The notes: generated from the letters alone by a model not told the origin. A stretch of 64,000 nucleotides of DNA from an uncultured Gammaproteobacteria bacterium (GCA_964504365.1 CAZDDW010000003.1:8031-72030), one strand, 5' to 3'. Numbered from the stretch's first letter, positions 40,404 through 50,499 are shown. Program-made: numbers and translations.

Positions 40404-43310
40404 TTAGATAACAAAGTTAATCAATCGTCCTGGGACGTAAACTGTTTTCTTGATTTTATTGTCTGCAACAAACTTCTGAACATTCTCTTCTGCCAAAGCC
40501 AGCTTCTCTGCCTCCTTCTGGTCTAGATCTGGAGCTACCATTATTGTACCACGTAACTTTCCATTAACCTGAATCGGCAACTCAATCGTTTCGTCCTTAG
40601 CCAACTTTGGATCAAACTCTGGCCAAGCCTCAAACGTGATCGACTTCTTGTTTCCTAACTGCTGCCAGATCTCCTCAGTCACATGTGGAGCAAACGGTGC
40701 AAACACGGTCAGAAACTTAGCAAGGCTTTCTTTTGTAATCGAACCAGTGTCTTGTATCTTGTTAACCAGAATCATCATCTGCGATACGGCTGTGTTATAT
40801 TTCATTTCTTCGATATCAGAAGTTACCTTCTTGATTGTCTTGTGCAGCTCGCGAGTCACATCTTCGTCTTCTTTCTTTGCAACCATGTCCTGCAAATTCC
40901 AAACCTTTTCCAGGAACCTACGCACACCAACTACACCAGTCGTACTCCAAGGAATTGCTTCGCTAAAAGGACCCATGAACATTAAATACACTCGCAGCGT
41001 ATCAGCCCCATACTGCTCAACAATCTCATCCGGATTAATCACATTGCCAAACGACTTAGACATCTTGCGCCCGTCCTCAGCCAGAATCATCCCATGTGAA
41101 GTGCGCTTTTGGTATGGTTCGCTAGTTGGCACATGCCCTTGGTCGTGCAGGAACTTATTCCAGAAACGAGAGTAGAGCAAGTGCAGCGTGGTGTGCTCCA
41201 TTCCGCCGTTGTACCAATCAACTGGCATCCAATTCTTCAACTTATCTTCAGCCGCAAACACCTTATCGTTCTTTGGATCGATATAGCGCAGGAAATACCA
41301 ACTAGACCCAGCCCAGTTTGGCATCACATCAGTCTCACGCCTGGCAGGACCACCACATTCAGGACAAGTCGTGTTCACCCAATCGTCAACATTAGCCAAC
41401 GGTGATTCACCAGACTCAGTTGGTTCGAACTTCTTTACCTCAGGTAATTCAACTGGAAGCTGTTCATCTTTAACCGGCACCCAACCACCGTTTCGTTTCG
41501 AACCTTCATTATCCCAATCCGACACCGGCTTCTTATAACACTCTTCACAATGAACCAAAGGAATCGGCTCACCCCAATATCGTTGTCGAGAAAAAACCCA
41601 ATCACGTAACTTGTAATTAACTGCGGCCTTGCCCTTACCTTCTTTTTCCAACCACTGATTCATCTTCTTAATCGCCTCTGGCGTGTGCAGACCATCAAGA
41701 AAATCCGAATTAATACATTCGCCTTCACCAACAAAAGCCTGACCTTGATCTGAGTCAAGCTCCGACTTCCAACACCGCAGTTCAGAACAAGCCATACTCT
41801 CTTCTGTAATCTCACAACGATCAACCCAGCGTATTTCATGGGCTGCTTTTTCCTTATCCTCAACATCCACTTGCTTTTCACTTTTCAGATCAAACACGAT
41901 CGCGGTACTGTAAGCAACGCGATTCTCTTTTTTATGAGCAGCATAATATTCTGAACGAATCTCCTGACTCATAAACTTTCGAAATTCCAAATCAACATAT
42001 CCTGTTTCTTCTTCAATCTCACGTTTAGCAGCATCGATCAAATCCTCTCCATCATCAACCCCACCTAGAACAAAAGTTGTCCAAGGGTGTTTTTTCCAAT
42101 CAAGACACAAATATTTGTCAGTCTTTGGATTATGGACAATAGCCATTATCATTTTTCGAGTCACAATCTTCTTGCCTTTTTGTGGTGGATTATTTTTATC
42201 ACATACGCAAGGTGCTACCACTTGTTGAATCAGTAGACCAAACTTTATAGCAAACTCAAAGTCACGCTCATCATGCGCAGGAACAGCCATGATCGCACCA
42301 GTACCGTAGCCCATCAAAACATAATCAGCGATCCAGATTGGAATCTTTTCATTGTTCACTGGATTAGTCGCATACGCGCCAGTAAACACTCCTGTTTTTT
42401 CTTTTGATACATCACCGCGCTCAATATCCGTTTTCGCGGCAGCCTCTTTCTTATACTTGGTCACGGCCTTCATCTGCTCCTTGGTCGTGATCTGCTCTAC
42501 TAACTCATGCTCAGGCGCCAAGACCATATATGTAGCTCCAAACAAAGTATCCGGACGAGTTGTAAAGACTTTCAAATACGGTGTCACTCCGCCGGACTTT
42601 TGATCAACCTCAAACTCAACAATCGCACCTTCAGATCGGCCGATCCAGTTAGCCTGCTGCGCTTTGATCTTGTCCAAGAAATCAACAGTATCCAAATCAT
42701 CTAACAACTTGTCGGCATAGCGAGTGATCTCCAACATCCATTGCTCACGATCCCGCTTCTCAACTTCCCCACCACAACGCTCACACTTTCCATCAACCAC
42801 TTCCTCATTAGCCAAACCAATCTTGCAAGACAAACACCAATTAATCGGCATCTTGGATTTGTAAGCCAAACCAGCCTTGAACAACTGCAAGAAAATCCAT
42901 TGTGTCCATTTGTAATAATTCGGATCTGTCGTGTCCACCTCACGCGACCAATCAAAAGAAAAACCAATAGACTTCAGCTGACGCTTAAAGGTTGCGATGT
43001 TCTGCTGAGTCGCCTCACGCGGATGAGTCCCAGTCTTGATCGCGTAGTTCTCGGTCGGCAAACCAAAAGCGTCCCAACCAATTGGATACAAAACATTATG
43101 CCCCTCAGCTCGTCGCTTACGCGCCACAATATCCAGCGCGGTGTAAGATCGCGGATGTCCAACGTGCAAACCGGCTCCTGACGGATAAGGAAACTCAACT
43201 AAACAAAAATACTTCGGCTTGTCCGAATTATCCTGCGCTTCGTATAATTTTTTCTCCTCCCAAAACTTTTGCCATTTAGGCTCGATTTCTAAGTGGTTGT
43301 ACCGATCCAT
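40404..43310 (-). CDS. leuS: Leucine--tRNA ligase with inserted NUDIX domain
   Basis: FPYPSGAGLHVGH, FTTRPDT, SRQRYWG, KMSKS; NUDIX box GGVDDGE..AAKREIEEETG. Confidence 0.97.
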   Translation of the reverse strand: MDRYNHLEIEPKWQKFWEEKKLYEAQDNSDKPKYFCLVEFPYPSGAGLHVGHPRSYTALDIVARKRRAEGHNVLYPIGWDAFGLPTENYAIKTGTHPREATQQNIATFKRQLKSIGFSFDWSREVDTTDPNYYKWTQWIFLQLFKAGLAYKSKMPINWCLSCKIGLANEEVVDGKCERCGGEVEKRDREQWMLEITRYADKLLDDLDTVDFLDKIKAQQANWIGRSEGAIVEFEVDQKSGGVTPYLKVFTTRPDTLFGATYMVLAPEHELVEQITTKEQMKAVTKYKKEAAAKTDIERGDVSKEKTGVFTGAYATNPVNNEKIPIWIADYVLMGYGTGAIMAVPAHDERDFEFAIKFGLLIQQVVAPCVCDKNNPPQKGKKIVTRKMIMAIVHNPKTDKYLCLDWKKHPWTTFVLGGVDDGEDLIDAAKREIEEETGYVDLEFRKFMSQEIRSEYYAAHKKENRVAYSTAIVFDLKSEKQVDVEDKEKAAHEIRWVDRCEITEESMACSELRCWKSELDSDQGQAFVGEGECINSDFLDGLHTPEAIKKMNQWLEKEGKGKAAVNYKLRDWVFSRQRYWGEPIPLVHCEECYKKPVSDWDNEGSKRNGGWVPVKDEQLPVELPEVKKFEPTESGESPLANVDDWVNTTCPECGGPARRETDVMPNWAGSSWYFLRYIDPKNDKVFAAEDKLKNWMPVDWYNGGMEHTTLHLLYSRFWNKFLHDQGHVPTSEPYQKRTSHGMILAEDGRKMSKSFGNVINPDEIVEQYGADTLRVYLMFMGPFSEAIPWSTTGVVGVRRFLEKVWNLQDMVAKKEDEDVTRELHKTIKKVTSDIEEMKYNTAVSQMMILVNKIQDTGSITKESLAKFLTVFAPFAPHVTEEIWQQLGNKKSITFEAWPEFDPKLAKDETIELPIQVNGKLRGTIMVAPDLDQKEAEKLALAEENVQKFVADNKIKKTVYVPGRLINFVI

Positions 43311-43311
43311 A

Positions 43312-43393
43312 AGTTTTCTGGTTATCTGGTTATCTGGTTATCTGGTTATCTGGTTAAAACTAGACAACTAGATAACCAGACAACAAGACAACT
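43312..43393. repeat. Octamer tandem repeat forming an imperfect hairpin
   Basis: (tctggtta)x5 followed by degenerate complementary units (taaccaga, caactaga). Confidence 0.85.
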
Positions 43394-43604
43394 CATACAG
43401 CCAAAATCGTATCATATTTAAGGCTCCAAGGCAATTTACTGCTTTACCTTGACAAACCCATCTTTCCATGCTTAAATACCTTCTCATGCCACGCGCTGGG
43501 CAAGGCTCTCACAGGGTACTACGACCTCACCGGTCCTGGGCTCTACCAAATGGGACTTGATCCCTGATCCTTGTACTAGCGTCTACCACGAAAGGAGATG
43601 TGCC

Positions 43605-44900
43605 ATGAGTCGTGACGAAAAAGAAACCCCTCTTTCCAAATTCGTATCCACCCTGGGACGGCTATTGCCGAAGTTCGAACGCCGAGAGCTTCCGCTCTCA
43701 CGTTTGGACAACGCGCGCATGGCTCTGGATGGAGCAGCCGTCCCGCTTCCGAACAGCGCTGGACCGCAGCTACCGACCAAACTCTACGGCGGCGTCAACG
43801 AGGTCGCTCTGGCTGCTGATGGCACCAGATTCGTGACCGGAAAGCGACACGGGAGAAAAGGTGAAAAGGTCGTTCTCTTGAGGGCGATGCCGGGCAGCGA
43901 TCAGTTCGAAGAGGTCGACTCGGCACCGGTCATCGAGCGACTCTTCGTACCAGAAGGATCGAACAAGCCAGCCTACATGCGCGCCATCGAACGTGGTGTC
44001 AGCCATGCCGAGTGGGTCTGGAACGGCCTGACTCTGCCCGGCGACCAGAACGACATGGACACTCGCCCGCTGTTCTGGACCAATGATCAAGGGATCAACG
44101 GGGCCGTAATCACCAAGGGAAAGTTGTACGTGTGGCATTCCGGCCAGCGGCACATCGTTGGTCTTCCTCACCGATACAGAGAATACAAACCAACTCACAT
44201 CCAGCTCATCAGTAAAAGCCTGTTCCAGATCTGGGGTCTTCCAGCCCACCAGGATGTGGTTGTCTGGCGCGACAAGGTGGGTCCTGCGGGAATGTACATT
44301 GACCGTGAATCAGTAGTCAGGGGCGTCAACGCCGAGCCCTGGTTCTTGGCCCGAGCCAACGCTGCCCATGGCCCTGTCCACGTCTGCAACATGGACGGGC
44401 TAGAGCGGATGCTCGAACACAAGCCCGAGGGCATCTGGACCGCTCCTGGGAAGATCTTCGTCCTGGAAGAGACCCTGACTGGGCCCGACGGTCCGAGCTG
44501 TCGCGTCCATGAGGTCATCTCAGGCTGGAGTTCAGACTTGCTCGACCAGCAGGTCGAGCAAGTCTGGGCACTGAGTGGTCACTCCAGTGACATCGCCCTT
44601 CACAACCGAAACTCGGGAGTGCTGCGCTATCTGAGTGAAAGTAGCAGCGTCATCGGACAAGCACCGGCAATGTCACGCGCCAGTGTCCGACAGATGGGCA
44701 ACCTGTTCGTCTATCAGATCGGCGATACCTTCGCCTTCCTGAAAGACACCAACATCGAATTCTCAGCCCACAGAATTCCGCGACAAGAACTGGGGCTCGA
44801 ACATCTGGTGCTCATGAACGACGGGACGATCCAGGGCATAGTCAAATCCGGTACGAGTGTGGTGACGTATACCTTCTTCGATCCAAGCAAGCGCGCGTAA
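43605..44900 (+). CDS. GC-rich hypothetical protein, beta-strand-rich (possible propeller)
   Basis: TTGACA upstream, AAAGGAG SD, terminator at 44911-44940. Confidence 0.8.
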   Translation: MSRDEKETPLSKFVSTLGRLLPKFERRELPLSRLDNARMALDGAAVPLPNSAGPQLPTKLYGGVNEVALAADGTRFVTGKRHGRKGEKVVLLRAMPGSDQFEEVDSAPVIERLFVPEGSNKPAYMRAIERGVSHAEWVWNGLTLPGDQNDMDTRPLFWTNDQGINGAVITKGKLYVWHSGQRHIVGLPHRYREYKPTHIQLISKSLFQIWGLPAHQDVVVWRDKVGPAGMYIDRESVVRGVNAEPWFLARANAAHGPVHVCNMDGLERMLEHKPEGIWTAPGKIFVLEETLTGPDGPSCRVHEVISGWSSDLLDQQVEQVWALSGHSSDIALHNRNSGVLRYLSESSSVIGQAPAMSRASVRQMGNLFVYQIGDTFAFLKDTNIEFSAHRIPRQELGLEHLVLMNDGTIQGIVKSGTSVVTYTFFDPSKRA

Positions 44901-44977
44901 CGGATCATCTCCCCCCCCGAACGACTCGGGGGATTTTTTATTGAAACATAAAAGGACACCCGCAAGGAGTGCCCCAC

Positions 44978-45005
44978 GTACGGGTCAACGGCCGTTGACC
45001 CCTAC
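44978..45005 (-). repeat. GTAG-type REP element
   Basis: GTAG-GGGTCAACGGCCGTTGACCC-GTAC. Confidence 0.7.
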
Positions 45006-45008
45006 ATT

Positions 45009-45347
45009 TTAACTTTCTTCCCCAAACTGTAACTGGTGTCCAGCTTCCATCCAGCCGTGCAAGCCGCTGTCAAACAAGTCGACCTGCTGGTAACCAAGCT
45101 CTTGCAGTTTCTTAATCGCGTCAAAGCATTCTTGCTTGCCATGGAAGTCAGCATAAACAATTACCGGAACTTCCTTGTCTAGCAAAACCTTAGCCGCGGT
45201 CTCGACAAAATTAGTATCGTACGGCAGATTGACCGCACTGGCAATGTGATTGTGTTCGTAATGTTCAGCATTACGAATATCAACAAGCATAAAAGTCTCA
45301 TCAGCATCCATCTTAGCTTTTAGCTCGTCAGCAGTAAGTGTAAGCAT
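45009..45347 (-). CDS. Rhodanese-like domain protein
   Basis: LVDIR, HIASA, GLHGWMEAG; loop Cys not canonical. Confidence 0.85.
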   Translation of the reverse strand: MLTLTADELKAKMDADETFMLVDIRNAEHYEHNHIASAVNLPYDTNFVETAAKVLLDKEVPVIVYADFHGKQECFDAIKKLQELGYQQVDLFDSGLHGWMEAGHQLQFGEES

Positions 45348-45364
45348 ACATTTACACTATAACA

Positions 45365-46600
45365 TTAGATGATATTTTTGTCCTTCATTGCTTGTTCAAT
45401 CCGTTTCATGGCCACGATAAATGCGCCTGTTCGAAGATCAATCGACTTTTCTTTCGCCACACTCGATACGGCTGCGAACGACTCTTGCATGATCGGCTGC
45501 AACTTTCCAAAAACATCTTCCTCAGTCCAGCGCTCGCCTTTAAGATTCTGTTCCCACTCAAACGAGCTAACGGTCACACCACCGGCATTGGCCAGAATAT
45601 CCGGGAGAACTGGGACACCTTTTTCAAACAAGACCTGATCGGCTTCTGGGGTAATTGGTCCGTTGGCCAGCTCTAAGATAACTTTTGTCCGAACACGATC
45701 AACGTTTTCTTTTGTAATTGAATTTTCAAGAGCTGCAGGAACTAATACATCGCACTCGACCTCAAGCAATTCTTGTTTTGATATCTGGGTACCAGCGTAA
45801 AAATCATTTACTGGCTTGCGTTCAGCTTTGTGTTCCATCAACTTCGGAATGTCTAGACCGCTTGGATCCTGGATACCACCTTGCGAATCTGAAACTGCGA
45901 TCACTTTATAACCAGCTTCGTGAAATAGTTTTGCGATGAACTGTCCAGCGTTTCCAAATCCCTGGACAACCACAGTCGATCCTTGGGCCAGGTTCAATTC
46001 TTTGTTCATCTCTTCGAACACATAAAAACCACCTTGTGCTGTTGCCGTCCCTCGACCTTCGCTGCCTCCTTGCTCAACCGGCTTACCAGTGATCACGGCA
46101 CCAGTAGTATCGCCAGAAATCTTTGAATACTCATCAGAAATCCAGTTCATGATTTGTGGTGTGGTGTTCACGTCTGGTGCTGGGATATCTCGATCAGGTC
46201 CAATCACATCAGCCATGCCACGAGCCCAGCCGCGAGACAACTTCTCGATCTCAGTCTCAGACAGCTCTTTTGGATTCACAGTAATACCACCCTTGCCTCC
46301 GCCAAGCGGGATGTTAACCACAGCACATTTCAAAGCCATCCAAAAAGCCAAGGCCTTAACTTCGTCAATATCCGTATCCTGATGATAACGAATACCACCC
46401 TTGTACGGGCCGCGGGCTGAGTTGAACTGGACACGATAACCTTCGTAGACTTCAAGCGAACCATCATCTTTACGTACCGGGATCGAGATACGGACCTCGC
46501 GCTCTGGCGCAGCCAGTACATCAAGAAAGTCGTTAGTAAAATCGCCGACCTCTGAGGCTCGGCGAAGTTGCTCTAATGCATTTTGAAATGGATTGGTCAT
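45365..46600 (-). CDS. gdhA: Glu/Leu/Phe/Val dehydrogenase (glutamate dehydrogenase)
   Basis: GPYKGGIRY, GGGKGG, IPAPDV, VQGFGNAG, LANAGGV. Confidence 0.9.
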   Translation of the reverse strand: MTNPFQNALEQLRRASEVGDFTNDFLDVLAAPEREVRISIPVRKDDGSLEVYEGYRVQFNSARGPYKGGIRYHQDTDIDEVKALAFWMALKCAVVNIPLGGGKGGITVNPKELSETEIEKLSRGWARGMADVIGPDRDIPAPDVNTTPQIMNWISDEYSKISGDTTGAVITGKPVEQGGSEGRGTATAQGGFYVFEEMNKELNLAQGSTVVVQGFGNAGQFIAKLFHEAGYKVIAVSDSQGGIQDPSGLDIPKLMEHKAERKPVNDFYAGTQISKQELLEVECDVLVPAALENSITKENVDRVRTKVILELANGPITPEADQVLFEKGVPVLPDILANAGGVTVSSFEWEQNLKGERWTEEDVFGKLQPIMQESFAAVSSVAKEKSIDLRTGAFIVAMKRIEQAMKDKNII

Positions 46601-46601
46601 A

Positions 46602-47525
46602 TTATTCTTGTTCATCAAGATATCGTTTTACATCAATCGCGGCTTGGCAACCTTCACCAGCAGCAGTGATTGCCTGGCGATATTTCCAATCAGCCACATC
46701 ACCAGCAGCAAAAACACCTTCGACTGATGTTGTGGTTGAATCATCCTTAGTTACAATGTAACCCTTAGCCATCTCAAGTTTATCAATTACGAAATCTGTA
46801 CTTGGTCGTCGACCGATAGCAACAAACATTCCATCAGCCTCGATCTCGGTTTCTTCGTTAGTCTTGTTATTAACGATTTTAGCTCCGGTCATCTTAGCAT
46901 CATCTCCGAGAACTTCCTTAACTTCGGTGTTGTATACAAACTCAATCTTCGGATCATTCTTGGCCCGCTTTTCCATAATCTCTGAAGCCTTGACCTCGTC
47001 CTTGCGAACCAAGACCTTCACTTCAGTAGCGAACTTGGTCAAGAAGGTTGCTTCTTCCATAGCCGAATCACCACCACCAACAACAATCAACTTTTTATCT
47101 TTAAAGAAAAATCCGTCGCATGTTGCACAAGCAGACACACCACGGCCTTTATATTTTTCCTCGCCTTCAACACCCAACCATCGCGCCTCAGCGCCGGTTG
47201 AAATAATCACAGTCTTGGCTTGAAATTCTTTATCAGCAGTTTTGATTTTAAAAGGCTGTGCAGAAAAATCCACTTCAGTCACTGTATCAACCACAAACTC
47301 AGTTCCAAATCGTTCAGCTTGCTTTTTAAACAGACCCATTAAATCTGGACCCTGAATCCCTTCAGGAAAACCAGGATAGTTTTCAACTTCCGTAGTCCAC
47401 ATCAGCTGCCCGCCAGTTTGTGGACCATCAATCATTAGTGGTTTGAGCTCGGCTCGAGCAGCGTAAATTGCTGCCGTATATCCAGCAGGACCAGAGCCGA
47501 TAATAATTACGTCGCGCACCTCCAT
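46602..47525 (-). CDS. trxB: Thioredoxin-disulfide reductase
   Basis: GSGPAG, SACATCDG, GGGDSA. Confidence 0.97.
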   Translation of the reverse strand: MEVRDVIIIGSGPAGYTAAIYAARAELKPLMIDGPQTGGQLMWTTEVENYPGFPEGIQGPDLMGLFKKQAERFGTEFVVDTVTEVDFSAQPFKIKTADKEFQAKTVIISTGAEARWLGVEGEEKYKGRGVSACATCDGFFFKDKKLIVVGGGDSAMEEATFLTKFATEVKVLVRKDEVKASEIMEKRAKNDPKIEFVYNTEVKEVLGDDAKMTGAKIVNNKTNEETEIEADGMFVAIGRRPSTDFVIDKLEMAKGYIVTKDDSTTTSVEGVFAAGDVADWKYRQAITAAGEGCQAAIDVKRYLDEQE

Positions 47526-47526
47526 A

Positions 47527-47838
47527 CTAAGCCAACTTTTCCAAACGCTCTTGCAGAGCTTCTTTAGTCATTGCTCCGGAAAACTGGTCAACCACTTGTC
47601 CGCCTTTGAAAACAATGAAAGTTGGGATGGACAAAATATTATGTTGCTGAGCCAGGTCTTGAGCTTCGTCAACATTGACTTTACCAACTTTGACCTTGCC
47701 TTCAAGAGCCTTGGCCACCTCATCAATGACCGGAGCCATCATTTTACAAGGACCACACCATGGAGCCCAAAAATCCACTAAGACCGGCAGATCAGACTGC
47801 ATTACTTCAGTTTGAAAATTTTCAGAATTCAAATCCAT
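47527..47838 (-). CDS. trxA: Thioredoxin
   Basis: WCGPC. Confidence 0.97.
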   Translation of the reverse strand: MDLNSENFQTEVMQSDLPVLVDFWAPWCGPCKMMAPVIDEVAKALEGKVKVGKVNVDEAQDLAQQHNILSIPTFIVFKGGQVVDQFSGAMTKEALQERLEKLA

Positions 47839-47849
47839 ATAATTATATT

Positions 47850-47960
47850 AATGACCAATGATCAATAACCAATTACCCAGATAATAATCAATGACCGAAT
47901 TTTCGAACATTGGTTATTTGGTAATTATTTTGATCATTGTTATTTGGTTATTGGTTATTC
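47850..47960. repeat. Heptamer-periodic hairpin element (aatgacc/ggttatt), copy A
   Basis: Near-identical to 61530-61641. Confidence 0.9.
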
Positions 47961-47963
47961 TAC

Positions 47964-49994
47964 TTAGCGTTTTGAAACCCCTTCAATTTCAAGAACCTTT
48001 TTCTCTGCCTTTTCTGAATATAGTTCAAACACATCACCAGGCTCAGCTTTTACTTTTCCTTTATATTGAATACCACACTCCTGGTTCTTCAAAACCTCGC
48101 TGGTATCTTGTTTGTTGGCCTGGAGCTTAAGCATGATCGCCTCACCAATTATCTCATCTCCGCGCATCAGGCGCAACTTAGAATCTTTCAAAGCTGTACC
48201 TTCAATCACCTTAGCACCAATAATCCAACCGTTATCAGTCTTTTTAAAATTCATCAGCACTTCAACTTTACCAGTCTCTGTAACTACGATTTCCTCTGGC
48301 ATTAATTTTTCAAGACGTTCAACCATGTCTTCGAAAATCTTGTAAATAACCGAATTCTCCATGATTTCAACATTTTTATCACGAGCCAACTCCGCAGCCG
48401 TACCAGTTGGTTTAACACTAAAGGCGTAGATCACGGCCTTACTTGCCTCAGCTGCCAAAACCTCAGAGTCTGTCACATCTCCAAGACCCTTGTCCAAAAT
48501 CTTCACCTCAACGTGCGGATTTTTTTGCAGCTTCTCAATCATCCCAAGCAGTGCCTCCAAAGAACCAAGCACATCGGCTTTAATGATCATGGTCAAACAC
48601 GGCTTGGTCTGTTCCTCATCTTCAACAACAGGGGCAATCTTAGTCGCAGTAACCTCATCAATTGCAGCAGATTTAACTGTCTTGAACTTTGTTTTTTTCA
48701 AATCTTTTATATTTTCTGGAACTTCAATCACATCACCCACAGTTGGTGCAGCCTTGAAGCCAAGAACACGAACCGGGGTCGATGGTAATGCCTCTTTAAC
48801 ATTTTTATTCTGCCAATCTTGCATTGCCTTAACTTTTCCATAAAGCATGCCGCGCACACCAAGCGGATCACCAACGCGGAGTGTTCCAGTCTGAACCAAT
48901 GCAGTAACCACAGGCCCAGCACCTGGATCAATTTTAGAATCAATCACTGTTCCAATTGCTGTGCGTTCTGGATTGGCCACAATCTTTTCTTTTTCCATGT
49001 CAGCCACCAAAATCAACATGTCTAAAATATCGTCGATACCAATCTGTTTCTTTGCCGAAATTGGAACCATGATCGTATCCCCTCCCCAATCTTCTGGATT
49101 CAAACCTTTTTCTGCTAGCTGGCCTTTTACCATGTCAATATTCTGTTCCGCTTTGTCGATCTTGTTCAATGCAACAATAAAAGGCATGCCTGATGCCTTG
49201 ATAATATCAATTGCCTCGCGAGTCTGCGGCTGAATTCCATCGTCCACAGCAACAACCAAAATTGCAATATCAGCCACCTTGGCTCCACGCGAACGCATGA
49301 CCGTAAAAGCTTCATGTCCAGGAGTATCAATAAATGTCAGCTGTCGGTTCTTGCGCTCAACCTGATAAGCACCGATGTGCTGAGTAATTCCACCAGCCTC
49401 TTCGTCAACCACGTTAGTTGTTCTAATAGCATCAAGCAATTTGGTCTTTCCATGATCAACGTGTCCCATGACAACAACAACCGGAGGTCGCTCAACTGCA
49501 TCTTTTTTATCTTCCCCTTCCAAAATCTCACCAACTCGTTCTAGATCTGCCTCCTGTTCTTCATCTGGACTTTCCTCCTCAGCCTTAGCTTCAAACCCAA
49601 GGTCAGAAGCAATAATGGCTGCGGTTTCAAAATCGATCGTATCATTCAACGAGGCCAAGATTCCGGCCTTCATCAACTCTTGCATTACCTTGGCAACCGG
49701 CAATTCCAAACGTCCGGCAAATTCACGCACAGCAATTGTTGGCGGCAAAGCAACTGGCTTTTTTGGAGCCTGATCTTCTGCTCCAGCTCCGGCTGCTTGC
49801 TGCTGCTGGGCCTCACGTTTCATCTTCAGTCTCTGTCGTCGACGATACTCACCCCAAGCATTCATGATCTGATTAGCAATCCGATCATCAACCTTAATCG
49901 CTTTCTTTCCAATACTAAAACCGAGCTCAGGCAACTTCTCCCTAAGCTCTTCTGGGTTAACATTTAATCGTCGTGCTAGTTCAGTTACATTCAT
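47964..49994 (-). CDS. infB: Translation initiation factor IF-2
   Basis: [27 protein letters not shown]. Confidence 0.98.
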   Translation of the reverse strand: MNVTELARRLNVNPEELREKLPELGFSIGKKAIKVDDRIANQIMNAWGEYRRRQRLKMKREAQQQQAAGAGAEDQAPKKPVALPPTIAVREFAGRLELPVAKVMQELMKAGILASLNDTIDFETAAIIASDLGFEAKAEEESPDEEQEADLERVGEILEGEDKKDAVERPPVVVVMGHVDHGKTKLLDAIRTTNVVDEEAGGITQHIGAYQVERKNRQLTFIDTPGHEAFTVMRSRGAKVADIAILVVAVDDGIQPQTREAIDIIKASGMPFIVALNKIDKAEQNIDMVKGQLAEKGLNPEDWGGDTIMVPISAKKQIGIDDILDMLILVADMEKEKIVANPERTAIGTVIDSKIDPGAGPVVTALVQTGTLRVGDPLGVRGMLYGKVKAMQDWQNKNVKEALPSTPVRVLGFKAAPTVGDVIEVPENIKDLKKTKFKTVKSAAIDEVTATKIAPVVEDEEQTKPCLTMIIKADVLGSLEALLGMIEKLQKNPHVEVKILDKGLGDVTDSEVLAAEASKAVIYAFSVKPTGTAAELARDKNVEIMENSVIYKIFEDMVERLEKLMPEEIVVTETGKVEVLMNFKKTDNGWIIGAKVIEGTALKDSKLRLMRGDEIIGEAIMLKLQANKQDTSEVLKNQECGIQYKGKVKAEPGDVFELYSEKAEKKVLEIEGVSKR

Positions 49995-50024
49995 AGTGCG
50001 CCTATTCTACTAAATTCCGCTTAA

Positions 50025-50445
50025 AAAGTAAAGACCGCCGGGTTAATCGGCGGTAAGGACGCAGAACGTCCTAGAGATTCGGAAGTGGCCCAGAACAGGA
50101 ACCGTTGCAGTTCCTGCCTGGGACCACCCGACCACGTCGCATAGCCGTCGCACGACTTTTCATCGTCGGGTATTACCCGGCCAGCTGGCTCTTGGGAAAC
50201 GGTGTTCCGGCGCAAGCAGTGCCCGACCCTTTGGTAGTATTGCGCCACCATCGGTCGAGATTATTCGCGTTTTGTGGTTTCCCAGTCTGCCCCCTCGTAG
50301 CGAATAGCGTGCGTGGGCGTAAGAGACGTGGGTTTTGAAAGAGGATGGTGCGGCCCGGGGTGGTCGGGGTCGAGATCCGGACCGCACCAAACGGGACAGG
50401 CAACAGGAGGTGGGGCACGTTTTAGCCTCCTATCGCCGGGCAAAG
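50025..50445 (-). ncRNA. Candidate ~410-nt structured RNA (alternatively an 81-aa ORF at 50173..50418 with structured UTRs)
   Basis: TTGACG-17-TATCTT promoter, many hairpins, 5'/internal pairing, terminal terminator. Confidence 0.4.
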
Positions 50446-50499
50446 ATTAAGATATCATGATTGTTGATTTACGTCAACAATGTGCTAGGATATGAGCAT

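Noticed and set aside
43317-43356. Tandem repeats as a CRISPR array
   Set aside because: 8-nt units with no unique spacers; no cas genes in the window.
47891-48130. Hydrophobic ORFs starting in the heptamer elements (also 61599..61874)
   Set aside because: Apparent TM segments are translations of the repeat, and the ORFs are antisense to infB and nusB.
50025-50445. Identification as c-di-AMP or cobalamin riboswitch, or group I/II intron
   Set aside because: Only isolated short matches, not in the required order or spacing.
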